From Haplodiscus bocki (lineage: Eukaryota): a DNA stretch of 64,000 nt. Below the pieces are notes generated by a model. It had not been told where the DNA came from. It saw only the letters and a program-made list of their open reading frames with translations, and did not search any database. This document shows positions 37,151 to 48,200 of this stretch, in pieces (position 1 is the first letter of the stretch; every line of letters starts with the position of its first letter). Location: the NCBI GenBank assembly GCA_965655095.1, contig OZ296656.1:21390001-21454000 (forward strand). The letters run 5' to 3'. The position numbers were made by a program, and so were the translations under genes.

Positions 37151-40100
37151 TGACTTCAATTATGTTTCCCAACTTGGAAAACTTTTCATTGTAGTGGTCA
37201 AGATTTTCAGAGGAATTTGGCTGTACATCAGTAACGAATCTTGTGGAAGCAGACGCATGTCGTGAACGTAGTTTTGACGGAAGTCGACATGAAATTTTCT
37301 AATTTCTAAAGTACAATCGATTTCTAGATTGTGATCTAGAAAAATAACGTTATCGTTGATTTCCAAAAGAAGAGTAGTAAGGAGATCTAGACTTTCTTAG
37401 TTGCTTATAAAATTCAATTTATCTTGAACATGATGGAGTTCGATCAGATATATATTCTCTCTTGCGATAACGATATCCTAAACAAGAGTTATCACTTGAT
37501 CGACATGAAAATGAAAGTGATCTAAAATGAGGGGATTGCTATAGAAGAAATCCACTTCTTGAAATTAAACGGTTTTCTGATTCATAAATGTTTTGCGTGA
37601 ATAGTGGTTTACAAGATAAGATGAAGGTTGATCATTTGGATTTATTGTTTCCGGTATGCTTTGAAGTATTGGTTAAATGGCTTCACAGGTGATTTGGATC
37701 GAGAATAAAAATATAAAAATTCCTTTTTCTTTCCTTATCTTCGCGTTGTTTGCGAAAACAGTTTGAAAAATAGTGATTAGATTTCGGACAATATTTACAG
37801 TGCTTCCGAAAATGAGGCTGACTCTTAATATTCAGATTAGTTGCTGGTCTAAACATGATCTCAGGATTTGGATCTTAAAGTTCAGCGGATAAATTTTGCG
37901 ATTCCAGTCTTGATGTTACAATATTATCCTCTAGTCGTAGATCAAAAAATAGATTTTTTTCATTCGTTATTATTTGAGCATCAACAATTTCAACCAGTGG
38001 GTGAATCGGAATTGATGGTTCCATAACAGTTGATATAAGTTTGCTTTGCTGTTTATGGGCAAAGTCCTTCAGTTTTTTGGGTAATCCTTGAGTGAGAAAT
38101 TCATTACACTTGAGGTTTAAAGTTGCTGCAGATTCATTGCACCATTTGTTTTTTTAAAAAATAACTGTTGAAATACCAGAGCATAATGACGTACGTCTTC
38201 AGTTACTTTTTTGGTTAAAACTTGAGCTTCAACATGTGTGTAAAATGCATTTCTCTGTGAAAAAAAAATGCTTTTTGAATGCAGATACAAAAGCAGACCA
38301 GTCGATTCCTGATAAGGAACACTGTAGATGTGCCATTTTTTTGGCATATATAACAACAATATATTGTGACATTGTTCATAAGCTAAGGGATCGATAGTTG
38401 TTCTCCCATAGTAAAAATCATGTGTGCATCGCTTCAATGTAAACATTCATCAAGAGTATATTGAGGTTCAAGTCCATCAAAAGTTTCCACCGATTTGTTC
38501 ATTGGAACAAAAGGTACAGCATGGATTTGTGTAACTACAACAGAAGGATTTCTTGGGTCTACAAAGGAAGATGATGAAATTAAAGTTGCACTGGGACCTA
38601 TGTTAGATGCCGTGTGTCGTTGATAAAACGTTTGACATGGATTTGCCATCGTATATAAATTAGTTTGTGTTTGAAACGGAATATTATTGGTACTACTTAA
38701 TGAGTAAGTATCAGCAACATTAGGTGGAGCCAAGGCAGGTCTTGATAAATTAGTAACACTTGTAGTTTTTGCGTTCAGCAAAAATGTTTGATCATTCGAT
38801 CTTTTTGTTTGATTTGCTATAGTTTGGTTATTCCGAGTTTGGTTAATATAACCAGTAAATAGATTAGACATCGATATAATCCTTTGAGTTCTTTTATATT
38901 GACAAAATGGTAATGTTGAAGCGTTTTGAACTTGAAATTGATGAAAAGTTGCACCACAAGAACTGTTTAGAGATGTAAACTTTTCATATGTACTTGGATC
39001 ATTGTGAAAATCAGAAATGCTTCGCATAATTATTATAGGAGCTTGCAATGGTACTTTAGAACCGGGGATCAGAGTATAATTCGTTGGAATGGCGATCTCA
39101 GTAACTTCAGTAGCAGATATACTTGAGTGGTTCCACAATTGTTCATATTTGGATTTAAAGTAACAGAAGTTGTTTGTGTTTGATGTTGGATACCAGTACT
39201 AATTTTTTGTTTTGATTTTTGAGCACATATTCTTTGAGTGATCATTGAAAAATTTAATCGTATATCATCAATATTTTGATCAACAGGTCTATCTGAAATC
39301 ATCGCTCGTGTAATCATATCGGGTGAAAACTCCGATTGTGAAACAAATTCAGTTTTGATTTGAAGTAGGTTAAGATATTTTGAATGAACATTTTCAGTTT
39401 TGCTCAAGAATGAAAGCAATTCTTGATCAGTAAAATGGTTTGCGAAATTTTCAAAACAGGTTTGATCTAAAGTATTCCAGAAAAGTTCATATTTCGATCG
39501 GAAACACTTTCTCAAAAACAGAGAGTAAATATCAATCTGTGGTGTTGTTACTGTGTCCAAAACAGTCAATTGGGAAAAGAATGAATATTGAAAAAAAAAT
39601 TTAATGCTAAATCTCGAATAACCAGTGCAGTGCAATAACAAAACTCTTACTTTCATCTTTTTGAGAAGTTTACAAGAGGTGTTGTTTGTTACGGAGTTCA
39701 TCAATTACCGAGGAAACAACAATAAGTGGTTCTAAAAATTCCTTAGCTTCTTGCAGTTTATTCAGAAAATGCACGAATGCATCCCAAATTGCTAGATAAA
39801 CATCTCTTGCATTTATTGGCCTCAAAAATATTTCAGTGATAATCTGATTAACTGGGTTAAAAACTACAGTGAAAACTACATCAGCAAAACTTGATTCACA
39901 AATTTTATAATCTATAGAATATAAACAAGAATCATTATGTTCTCTAATCTCTAATCAGAGATCAGAGCAATTGAATAAGTATAGCTACAGTGTTTTTCAG
40001 AAGGCAGAGATTTTGTTGGATCATATATTAGATTCTCAGTAAAGCTGATGGCATCCGTAATAAATGCTGTTTTTTCTCTTTCTGTAATGATATAAAAGAC

Positions 40101-40651
40101 GAATTGAGTAGGAATTGAAAATTCAGATCTTGCAACTTGTTCTGCTGGTACCTTTCTTATTTTTGAAAATATCAGTTGAATTTTTTCGGGAGTGATACGA
40201 TCATAGTGAACTTCAGTGTCAGGTTGATTCAATTGTTGTAATCTTATATTACGTTTCAGTTCTTGTTTTCGTACTAATTTGTTAGCACCTTCGATTCTTC
40301 GTTGTTGTTGTAACCGTAAACGTTCAATTTCAGCTTGAGTTAGCTCAGATGAGAAAACTTCAGAGAATTATTGTTGCAATTCTATAGATGGTTTTTGTAT
40401 TTTTCCAGTGAAAATCTCAGATTAGGAAGATTCTGGGATTTGCAATGGATTATGTTGTGTATTTTCAGTTGGTTTGGTATTTGGTTCCACAGATTTTTCA
40501 TCTCGAGGAGATTCAATATTTTTCTCACTTTGTTTGTTAATATCATCATTTTCACTTTCAGATAGAGTATTTGAGTGTGAATCATCAGTTCTGCGTCTAC
40601 TTGATATGATTCCATAAATTTTCCAGAGGAATCGGAATTACTTGAATCCAA
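37150..40651 (-). pseudogene. gag: Very long gag of copy B (~1150 codons) with N-terminal extension
   Basis: CCHC knuckle CKYCPKSNHYFSNC (~37800-37760). FDGLEPQYTLDECL capsid-like motif (~38480). RS-rich tract after the knuckle. Upstream fragments 39069-39704, 39951-40232 and 40382-40651 are on the same strand. Confidence 0.82.
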
Positions 40652-40849
40652 AAGAATTGAGTGATCAGTAAAAGAATTGTTAAAAAATTGTTTGCAGAAA
40701 AATAAATGAAAAAAATTCAGAATTTTGTATTTTTATATGGAATTCCAACAGCCAGGAAAGAAAAAAAAGTATGATGATTGAATGAAACATTAATTCTGCG
40801 AAAAGTTGCGTTCAACTAAAAGGGTTCCTAGCAAAATGAGAAAACTATT

Positions 40850-42276
40850 TGAAACTGCGTTCAACCAACAGATTGCTAGCAGATTTCAAATATAAATTTG
40901 CATGTGAAGGATTTTAGCTTTAAGGTTAGGAAAGTGACCAAGGAGAAGACTTTTAGGACAAAGATTGTGAAACTGTGGACAATCAACTTTGTTCAGGAGG
41001 TCTGATCACTACTGATCGGAGGTTTTTAAGTTTACGTTTTACAAGATGAGAGATCTTCGATAGTAGAACCGAGGTCATTACTACTTAGGAACTCTTTTAT
41101 TCGAGAAATAAGTCCTAACTACATTTTGAGCAGACACCTTAGTATTCAGGAACATAAAATTCCAAAGACCCTATGCAAAGGAAATTTCGTGCTCTAACTG
41201 TGAATCTTACGGTTTGGATAAGGAAAAATTGGGAGCCACAGAGTAGAAAACTACTTACAAGGAATGTGTTGAATTCTATGAAAGATGAAATTCTTGCAGC
41301 AGTAGAGTGGTGTCAAAATAAATTTTCCGAGAAATGAAATTATTTGACTAGAAAAAAAAACAATCGAATTTGCTAATGAAAACTTTCAGTGGGGTCAAGT
41401 TGAACTAAAAAGAGGATTCAGTGGGAGTGGTAACAAAAATTTCAGAGTAAAAATGAGTCCTGACAGAGGAAAAAGATGAAAACTTTTGGAGAGAGTGATA
41501 AAATTTTTTGTCGACGTTAAATAAAAAATGGTGACCCAAAATGTAAAAATAAGGCGCCATGGTTTAGTATACCTGAATATTGCGAAAAATAAAGGCTGGC
41601 CCAGCAATAGATTGTTCAAAACTCAGGGTCTAGTTTACGACACCAGAATTGAATAGACTCAGAGTCTAGGTGGGATTCAGTTAGTTAGACTGACAGCGAA
41701 ACTAAAGTACAAATTATGGCCCGGTTTATAATCAAAACGACTGTCGAAGTATGTAGTCCAAGGGATTGAAAGTTTGAAGTCCAAACGACTGAAGAAAGCG
41801 AAAAAAATTTTGTTGATTATGTGATTTGTTTACGGAAAGACGTCTGAAAATTGATGAAAAACAAGAAAAAGTAGAAGTAGGAGGAAAAAATAAAAGAGGT
41901 TGTTGGTATTGGAGGTAGAGAAGCTTGAAGAGAATGAATTTTCACTGCCATTGCACCGAATTTTCAAAACTTTAAAGGAAGGTGTATTGGTGGTAGGTTA
42001 ATACCACAGAAAGGTTTTGACAGAGAGATACACAGGCCTGTTCTAACTTGCTTGACTTGATGGTATTTCCCTGAATTCGCGTACGCTATAGATATCTCAG
42101 ATTTCTCAATAAGTCTCGTGAGAAATCAACTATTCTCTACTTTTACTATACTTCAAATCAAGATTTTTATCTGGATCATTAACATTCATAAAAAGTCATA
42201 ATTATAGGGATATACAAAGTTATATTTTGTCCAAAGATTTTTCAAGAAATTCTTCTGTAAATGTGTATGTATTACA
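40850..42276 (-). repeat. 5' LTR plus leader of copy B
   Basis: Reverse-complement homolog of 22375-23790; TG terminus at 42276. Confidence 0.7.
41251..41560 (-). pseudogene. Copy B homolog of the candidate hydrophobic leader ORF
   Basis: ACCATGG start; MAPYFYILG...HLFPLSGLIFTLKFLLPLPLNPL...QIISFLGKFILTPLYCCKNFIFHRIQHIPCK*; indels lie at or next to T-runs. Confidence 0.33.
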
Positions 42277-45200
42277 CAACGCTGCCGAATTTTTTTTTTG
42301 TCCTAGAGTCTAAATAGTAACAGATGAACGTCCGTGCAAAACTATAAATCTTTTAATTCATTCGCAGAAACTTGTTCATTGCAATAAGTTCCTCGGGACA
42401 CAAAAAATGCAGTTTTGACAAGCAAATCCAATTTCTTTTAACCGAAGTCCGAATTTTTTTCAGTCAAAGACCTATCAAGGTCAAATTTTTCATATCTTGT
42501 CAAAATTTTTTGCAATCAAAAATGATCTCCCGGACGCAGAATGCAGTTCGAAAGACCTGCAGGAATGCTTCGCGTAAAGTTCGAATAGATTCCGCTAATG
42601 TTTGGACAAGATTATAAAGTTTTTTCAAGAAACGTGTTTAATGAAATATAATCATCAGGTTACAGAAGAAACAGTTTTACAAAAGTTCCTTTGTTTTTCG
42701 CCTCATTTCGAGATTCTTTACTTTCGCATTCAAAACAATCCTTCTGTTGAATACCTTCGAATTTTTCAAACCAAAATTGATCTTCTGGACTCTCAAAATG
42801 CAGTTTCCACAAACCATCTGAAACAATTCCGCTCAATTTTGGAAGAGTTTCCGCTCAAAGTTGGGATCAGTTGATAAAGTTTTATTTCAAAAAACTTTTT
42901 TGTAGCAAAATGTTGCTCAAGACCCGAGGAAAGCAGTTTTTACAAACTTAACAAAAAACTTTTCGGATAATCCGAACAGCTATCAATGAAAAGCCGATGA
43001 ATGAAAAAAGTCAGTAAACTGTTTTTCGTAAAATGTTGCTGAAGACACGAGAACAGCAGTTTCGACAAACCTACCATAATTTTTTCTCAAATTTTTTCCC
43101 CAAAAAATTCTGCAGGATCAGGACAACAGAGAAGCACTTTTTACAACGCTGCTATTTTTTTCTGCCGGAAGTCCGTGATTTTTTCACTCAAGGTCCAAAA
43201 AACCAGTTTCTCAAAACTTTTGAAAGATTTGCTCAACCAGAACTATTCCCCTGGGCACATAAATGCAGTTTTGACAGCTGCACTGACGTTTGTCATTTCA
43301 AAGTCAAAGTCCGAGTAGTTTCGGTCAAAATCCGAAAAAAAATGCGAAATTTTCCAAATTTTTTTTTGCTAGAAAGATCCTACGGACGAGTAGAATATAG
43401 TGTACCCATCCTGCAGAAATTCCTCCGCTCAATGTCCGCACGTGTTTTGCTCAGTCCGAAAAAGGACTAACTTATTGGACAGTCTTCAGACTTTTATTTT
43501 CTTCCAAACAGTTCCTGATGACATGAAAAATTCATTTTCGACAACTGCTCCGAACTTTTTCTTGCGCAAACTTTGAAAAAACTTCATCCAAATTTGGCAA
43601 AAAAAACGTTTCTCAGATACATACAAAGCATTTTTTCCAAACCAAAAAGTTCCTCTTTGCCCAATATGCAGTTTCGATAAACCTTCAGAATTTAGTAAAG
43701 CTTTTCCTTCGTAAAGGTTTCCCTCAAAGGCCAAAAACTCCTGTTCAGAAACCGGATGAATTTATTTCTTGTGGAATCTTTCTTTTCGTGAAACTTTCCG
43801 TGTGTTCTATTTTTGATAGCACCGCCATCAATTTCTTGCCTAAATCCAACTTTGCTTAAACGCAAGATACAACAAATTATTCTGAAAAATCGTTTCACTA
43901 TTCTTCGAACGAAAATGATCTTCTGCACACAAAGAAAGCTTCTTTGAAAAACTTGCCGAACAGTGTCCGCTCAAAGTCCGAAAATTATTGGTAAAATTCC
44001 GGTCAAAGATATAACGTAAAAAACTCCAAAGTGTTCTTCTCGACATAAGGATAGCAGTTTTAACAAATCTGCCGAAACTTTAAGCTCAAAGTATGAAAAA
44101 ACCTGCGAAAATTGTTTTCTATCGAGAAATAAAAATCAACCAGAATCATTTTCTCTAGACGTAAAAATAATTTTGACAACCCTGCAGGAAGTCTTTCGTT
44201 CCAATCCCAAATGGTTTTCGTTTCACTGTTCAAAAACTTTCCAAACTTTTGTTGAAAGCGCGTTTGTCGCAAATTTATACCCAGGACACGATAAATGTAC
44301 TTCTGACAACCGTGCCACTTTTTTTGCCCGAATTCAGAAATTTTTTACACAAGATCCAAAAATAAGTAAAAGTCTTTGAAATTTTTTCAACCAGACTGAC
44401 TCTCTGGACACGTAGGATGCAGTTTTCACCATGTTGACGAAAAGTTTTTGCTCAAACAGTTTACGCTTAAAATCCGGAAAAAATGCTGCGTTCCTTGCAC
44501 CCTGCTTTGAATGTCTCCTTAGAGGGCCAAAAAGGTTTCGCTGAAAAGGCGGATAATTTTTTTGTGGAACATTTATTTGCGAGAAAACTTTCCATGGGAC
44601 AAAAAAAGGCAGTTTTGATTGCCAGTCCCAAATTTTTCCGCATGAAAGCAATTTTTTTCTCTGAAGGTCCAAAAAAACTTGATAATTATTTCCCGATTTT
44701 TTATCTTCAAGAAAGATCTTCTGGACCGCTTTTTTCACAAAACCGCCAAAATTTTGGTTCAAACAGTGACACATTTTGCTCTAAATCAAGACAAAGTTGT
44801 ACATTTTTTTCAAAAACTTGTTTGTTATTTAATGTTCATAATGGCAGAAAAAAAATCAGTTTTGACAAACCTGCCAAAGATAGTTCGCTCAAAGTTCGAA
44901 AAGCTAACTGTCCAAGTCCAGACAATTATTCAACGAAACTCTTCCAAATTGATCGTCTTGGCAAAAAAACGCAGTTGTGGCCAGACTGCAGAACCTTTAA
45001 GTTCGCAGTCCGAAAAAACCTGAAAAAAAAAGAGTTTCGTTTCAAAACGTGAAATCGACAAGAATCATCATCTCTAAAAGTAAAACAAAACTTTGAAAAA
45101 CCTGCAGAATGTTTTTCGTTCGAATTCCAATTGGTTTTTGTTTCAATGTTCAAAAAAATTAAATTTCTGTTAAAAGCGCGTTTGTCGCAAATGTACACCC

Positions 45201-48200
45201 ACGACACGATCAGTGCATTTTTGACAACCATGCCGCTTTTTTTCGCCGGAGCTCCTACCTTTTTACTCCTAAAAAGTATTATTCTCCTAAAGTTTCCTAA
45301 ATAAACTGACCCTCATGACACGTAGGATGCAGTTTTTACCATGTTGCCGAAAACCTTCCGCTCAAACAAATTATGCTCAAAACCCAAAAACATGCTATTT
45401 TTTGCACCAAATTTCGTAAAATTCCCCCTCAAGGTAAAAACAAACGTTTCAAATCTTATCAAATTAATCTTCAACGATTTTTCTTTCCCTTGGCGCAAAA
45501 AATGCAGTTTTTGAGAACTACAATGAAGTTTTTCTGTTCAAAATCAAAGTCCGATTATTTCCGGTCGAAATCGAAAAAAAAGAATATATATTTTTTTCCA
45601 AAAAAATACTTTTTGGAAAGAAAATCTTGAAGATAAATAGATTATAGTATATACCAGCCTGCGGTGGAACTTTCGCTCAATTCCGAACAGGTTCTGCTCA
45701 GTCGGGAAGAATAACTACTTCCCTGAGAAACTCCTCAGATTTTCGTTCCAACGAAACCGTTTTTTTCCCAAAATCCAGGTACTTATTGATGGCAAGCCCT
45801 AAAAGTACAAAAGTTCATAAATTTTTTTGTAACTTTTCTTCCGGAAATTGATTTTCACGAGAGGGAATGCAGTTTTGACAACCGGGCTTTTTTTGCACAA
45901 AATCCATAATTATTTCGAACGAAGACTATTTTTTTTCAAGGTTTCGAATTAGTTCCAACCACAAATATTTACCAGAACATTTTAAATGCAGTAATCACTT
46001 AACAGCCGAAAAAACTTGTTCCGAGTCAAAACTGTTAACGCTCAAAATCCAAAACAATTGATATTTTTTTTCCAAACAAAAAAGTTTGGTCAAGAAGGTG
46101 CTGCAGACAAGTAGAGTCTAGTTTTCACCACAAATTAGAGATCTTTTCGTTTTTCCGGTTTTTTGCTCAGAGTCTGAACATTTTTAGCTCAAACTTCGAA
46201 GAGATCTAATGTTGTCAAAGCCTTTTTTTATCAAACTTGTCATCTGAACAACCCGAATTGAGTTTCAACGACGCTGCCGTAAATCTTTTACTCAAAGTCC
46301 AAAAATTTGTCTTCGAAAACCGGCTGTAACTAATTTTTTGTGGAACCTTTGTTTTGGCAAACCTTACCATAGGAAACCAAAACTGCATTTTTGATAGGAC
46401 CACCAAAAAATTTGCAATTGAATCCATTTTTACTTACACCCAAGAGTGTAAAACAGCATTTGATAAGTCCATCAAAAAGTCTTTAGCATGAAAATGATAT
46501 TTTGCACACTTAAAACGCAGTTTTGACAACCCTCCGGAAGTTTTTTGCTCCCGAAGTCCGATCAGAAAACAGATGAATGTCCGGACAAAACTACAATCCT
46601 TTTATTTCATTCTCAGCAACTTGTTCGCTACCATAGGTACCTCGCGACATGAAAAGTGCAGTTCTGACAACCTCATCAGGTTCACTTTCAATCGAAATTC
46701 GGAGTTTCTTCAGTTAAAGACCGATAAAGTCACCATGACTTATCCTCTCCAAGTTTTTCAACTAAAAACTATCCTCCGGACTTAAAATACAGTTTGGTAA
46801 ACCTGCTGGATTGTTGCGCTCAAGGTGCGAATAGTTTCCGCTGAAAATACGGACAAGACTATTCATTGTTTATTACAAAAACTTGTTTGTTGAAAAAAAA
46901 TCCTCGGGATACAGAAGAAGTCGTTTTTTGCAACGGTGCCTTTGTTCTTGCCCCAACTGGGACTTCAGTTGCTGCCAGTCCAAAAAATCGTTTTCCTAAA
47001 TACTTTTGATTTTCTGAAATCAAAATTGATCTTCCGGTCTCTCAAAATGATGTTTCGAGAAACCTACTGAAATGACTTCGGTCAGGGTTGGAATACTTTC
47101 TGCTCAAAGTTTGGATAAGTTAATAAAGTGTTTTGAAAAAACTTGTTCGTTGCAAAACGTTGCTCACGACACGAGAAAAGCAGTTTTGACAACCCTAAAA
47201 AGTTTCTATCAAAATCCCATTTTTTATTGATGAAAAACCGATGAAGGAAAAGTTTAGGTTCATTCTTTTTTCAAACTTCTATTTGTCGCGAAAATTTCAT
47301 CAGGACGACGATAAGGCAGTTGCAACTATGCCATTTTCTTCCGAAATCCGCAATTTTCTGAATCAATTCCAAAAAAAACAGTTTCTCAAATCTTTAACTT
47401 TTTGAAATTTCTGCTCGATCACAATGTTCATAGTCCGAAAAAACCTGAAAAAAAATTAGTTTCACTTCAAAACCTTAAATCGACCAGAATCATCATCTCT
47501 AAAAGTAAAATGCAACTGTGAAAAACCTGCAGAAAGATTTTCGTTCCAACTCCAAATGGTTTGTGTATCAAATTTCAGAAAAATTAATTTTCTGTAAATA
47601 GCGCATTCGTCGCAAATATATACCCGCGACACGATCAGTGTATTTTTGACAACCATGCCGCTTTTTTCGCCGAAGCTCCGACCATTTAACTCAAACTCCC
47701 GAAAAAAGTATTAGTCTCCTAAAAATTCCTAAATAAACTGACCCTCACGACACGTAAGATGCAGTTTTTACCATGTTGCCGAAAACCTTCCGCTCAAACG
47801 AATTATGCTCAAAATCCAAAAACATGCTATTTTTTGCACCAAATTTCGTAAACTTCCCCCTCATGTAAAAACAAACGTTTCAAATCTTATCAAATTATTC
47901 TTCAACGACTTTTCTTTCCCTGGGCGCAAAAAATGCAGTTTTTGAGAACTACAATGAAGTTTTTCTGTTCAAAATCAAAGTCCGATTAATTCCGGTCGAA
48001 ATCGAAAAAAGAATATATATTTTTTTTCCAAAAAATTACTTTTTGGTAAAAAAATCTTGAAGACAAATAGATTATAGTATATACCAGCCTGCGGTGGAAC
48101 TTTCGCTCAATTTCCGAACAGGTTCTGCTCAGTCGGGAAGAATAACTAATTCCCTGAGAAACTCCTCAGATTTTCTTTCCAACGAAACCGTTTTTTTCCC

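Larger units (their letters stand above)
27850..42276 (-). mobile_element. Large (>14 kb) env-bearing Ty3/Gypsy (errantivirus-like) element, degenerate, 3' LTR missing (copy B)
   Basis: 5' end TGTAATACATACAC at 42276 on the - strand abuts satellite. Order on the - strand is leader-gag-PR-RT-RH-IN-extra region-env. IN after RH and a GPF/Y-like IN C-terminus fit Ty3/Gypsy. Confidence 0.93.

Noticed and set aside
41200-41560. Antisense ORF in the retroelement leader (MKDEILAAVEWCQNKF...)
   Set aside because: In-frame TGA stops occur at the same positions in both copies.
22375-42276. A single foldback or TIR DNA transposon with 5.5-kb terminal inverted repeats
   Set aside because: The arms are strongly diverged, differ by a 1.87-kb indel, encode gag/pol, and have no target-site duplication.
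27850-42276. Functional, intact retrovirus genes
   Set aside because: Every domain carries multiple stops and frameshifts and the 3' LTR/PPT is missing; these are fossils.
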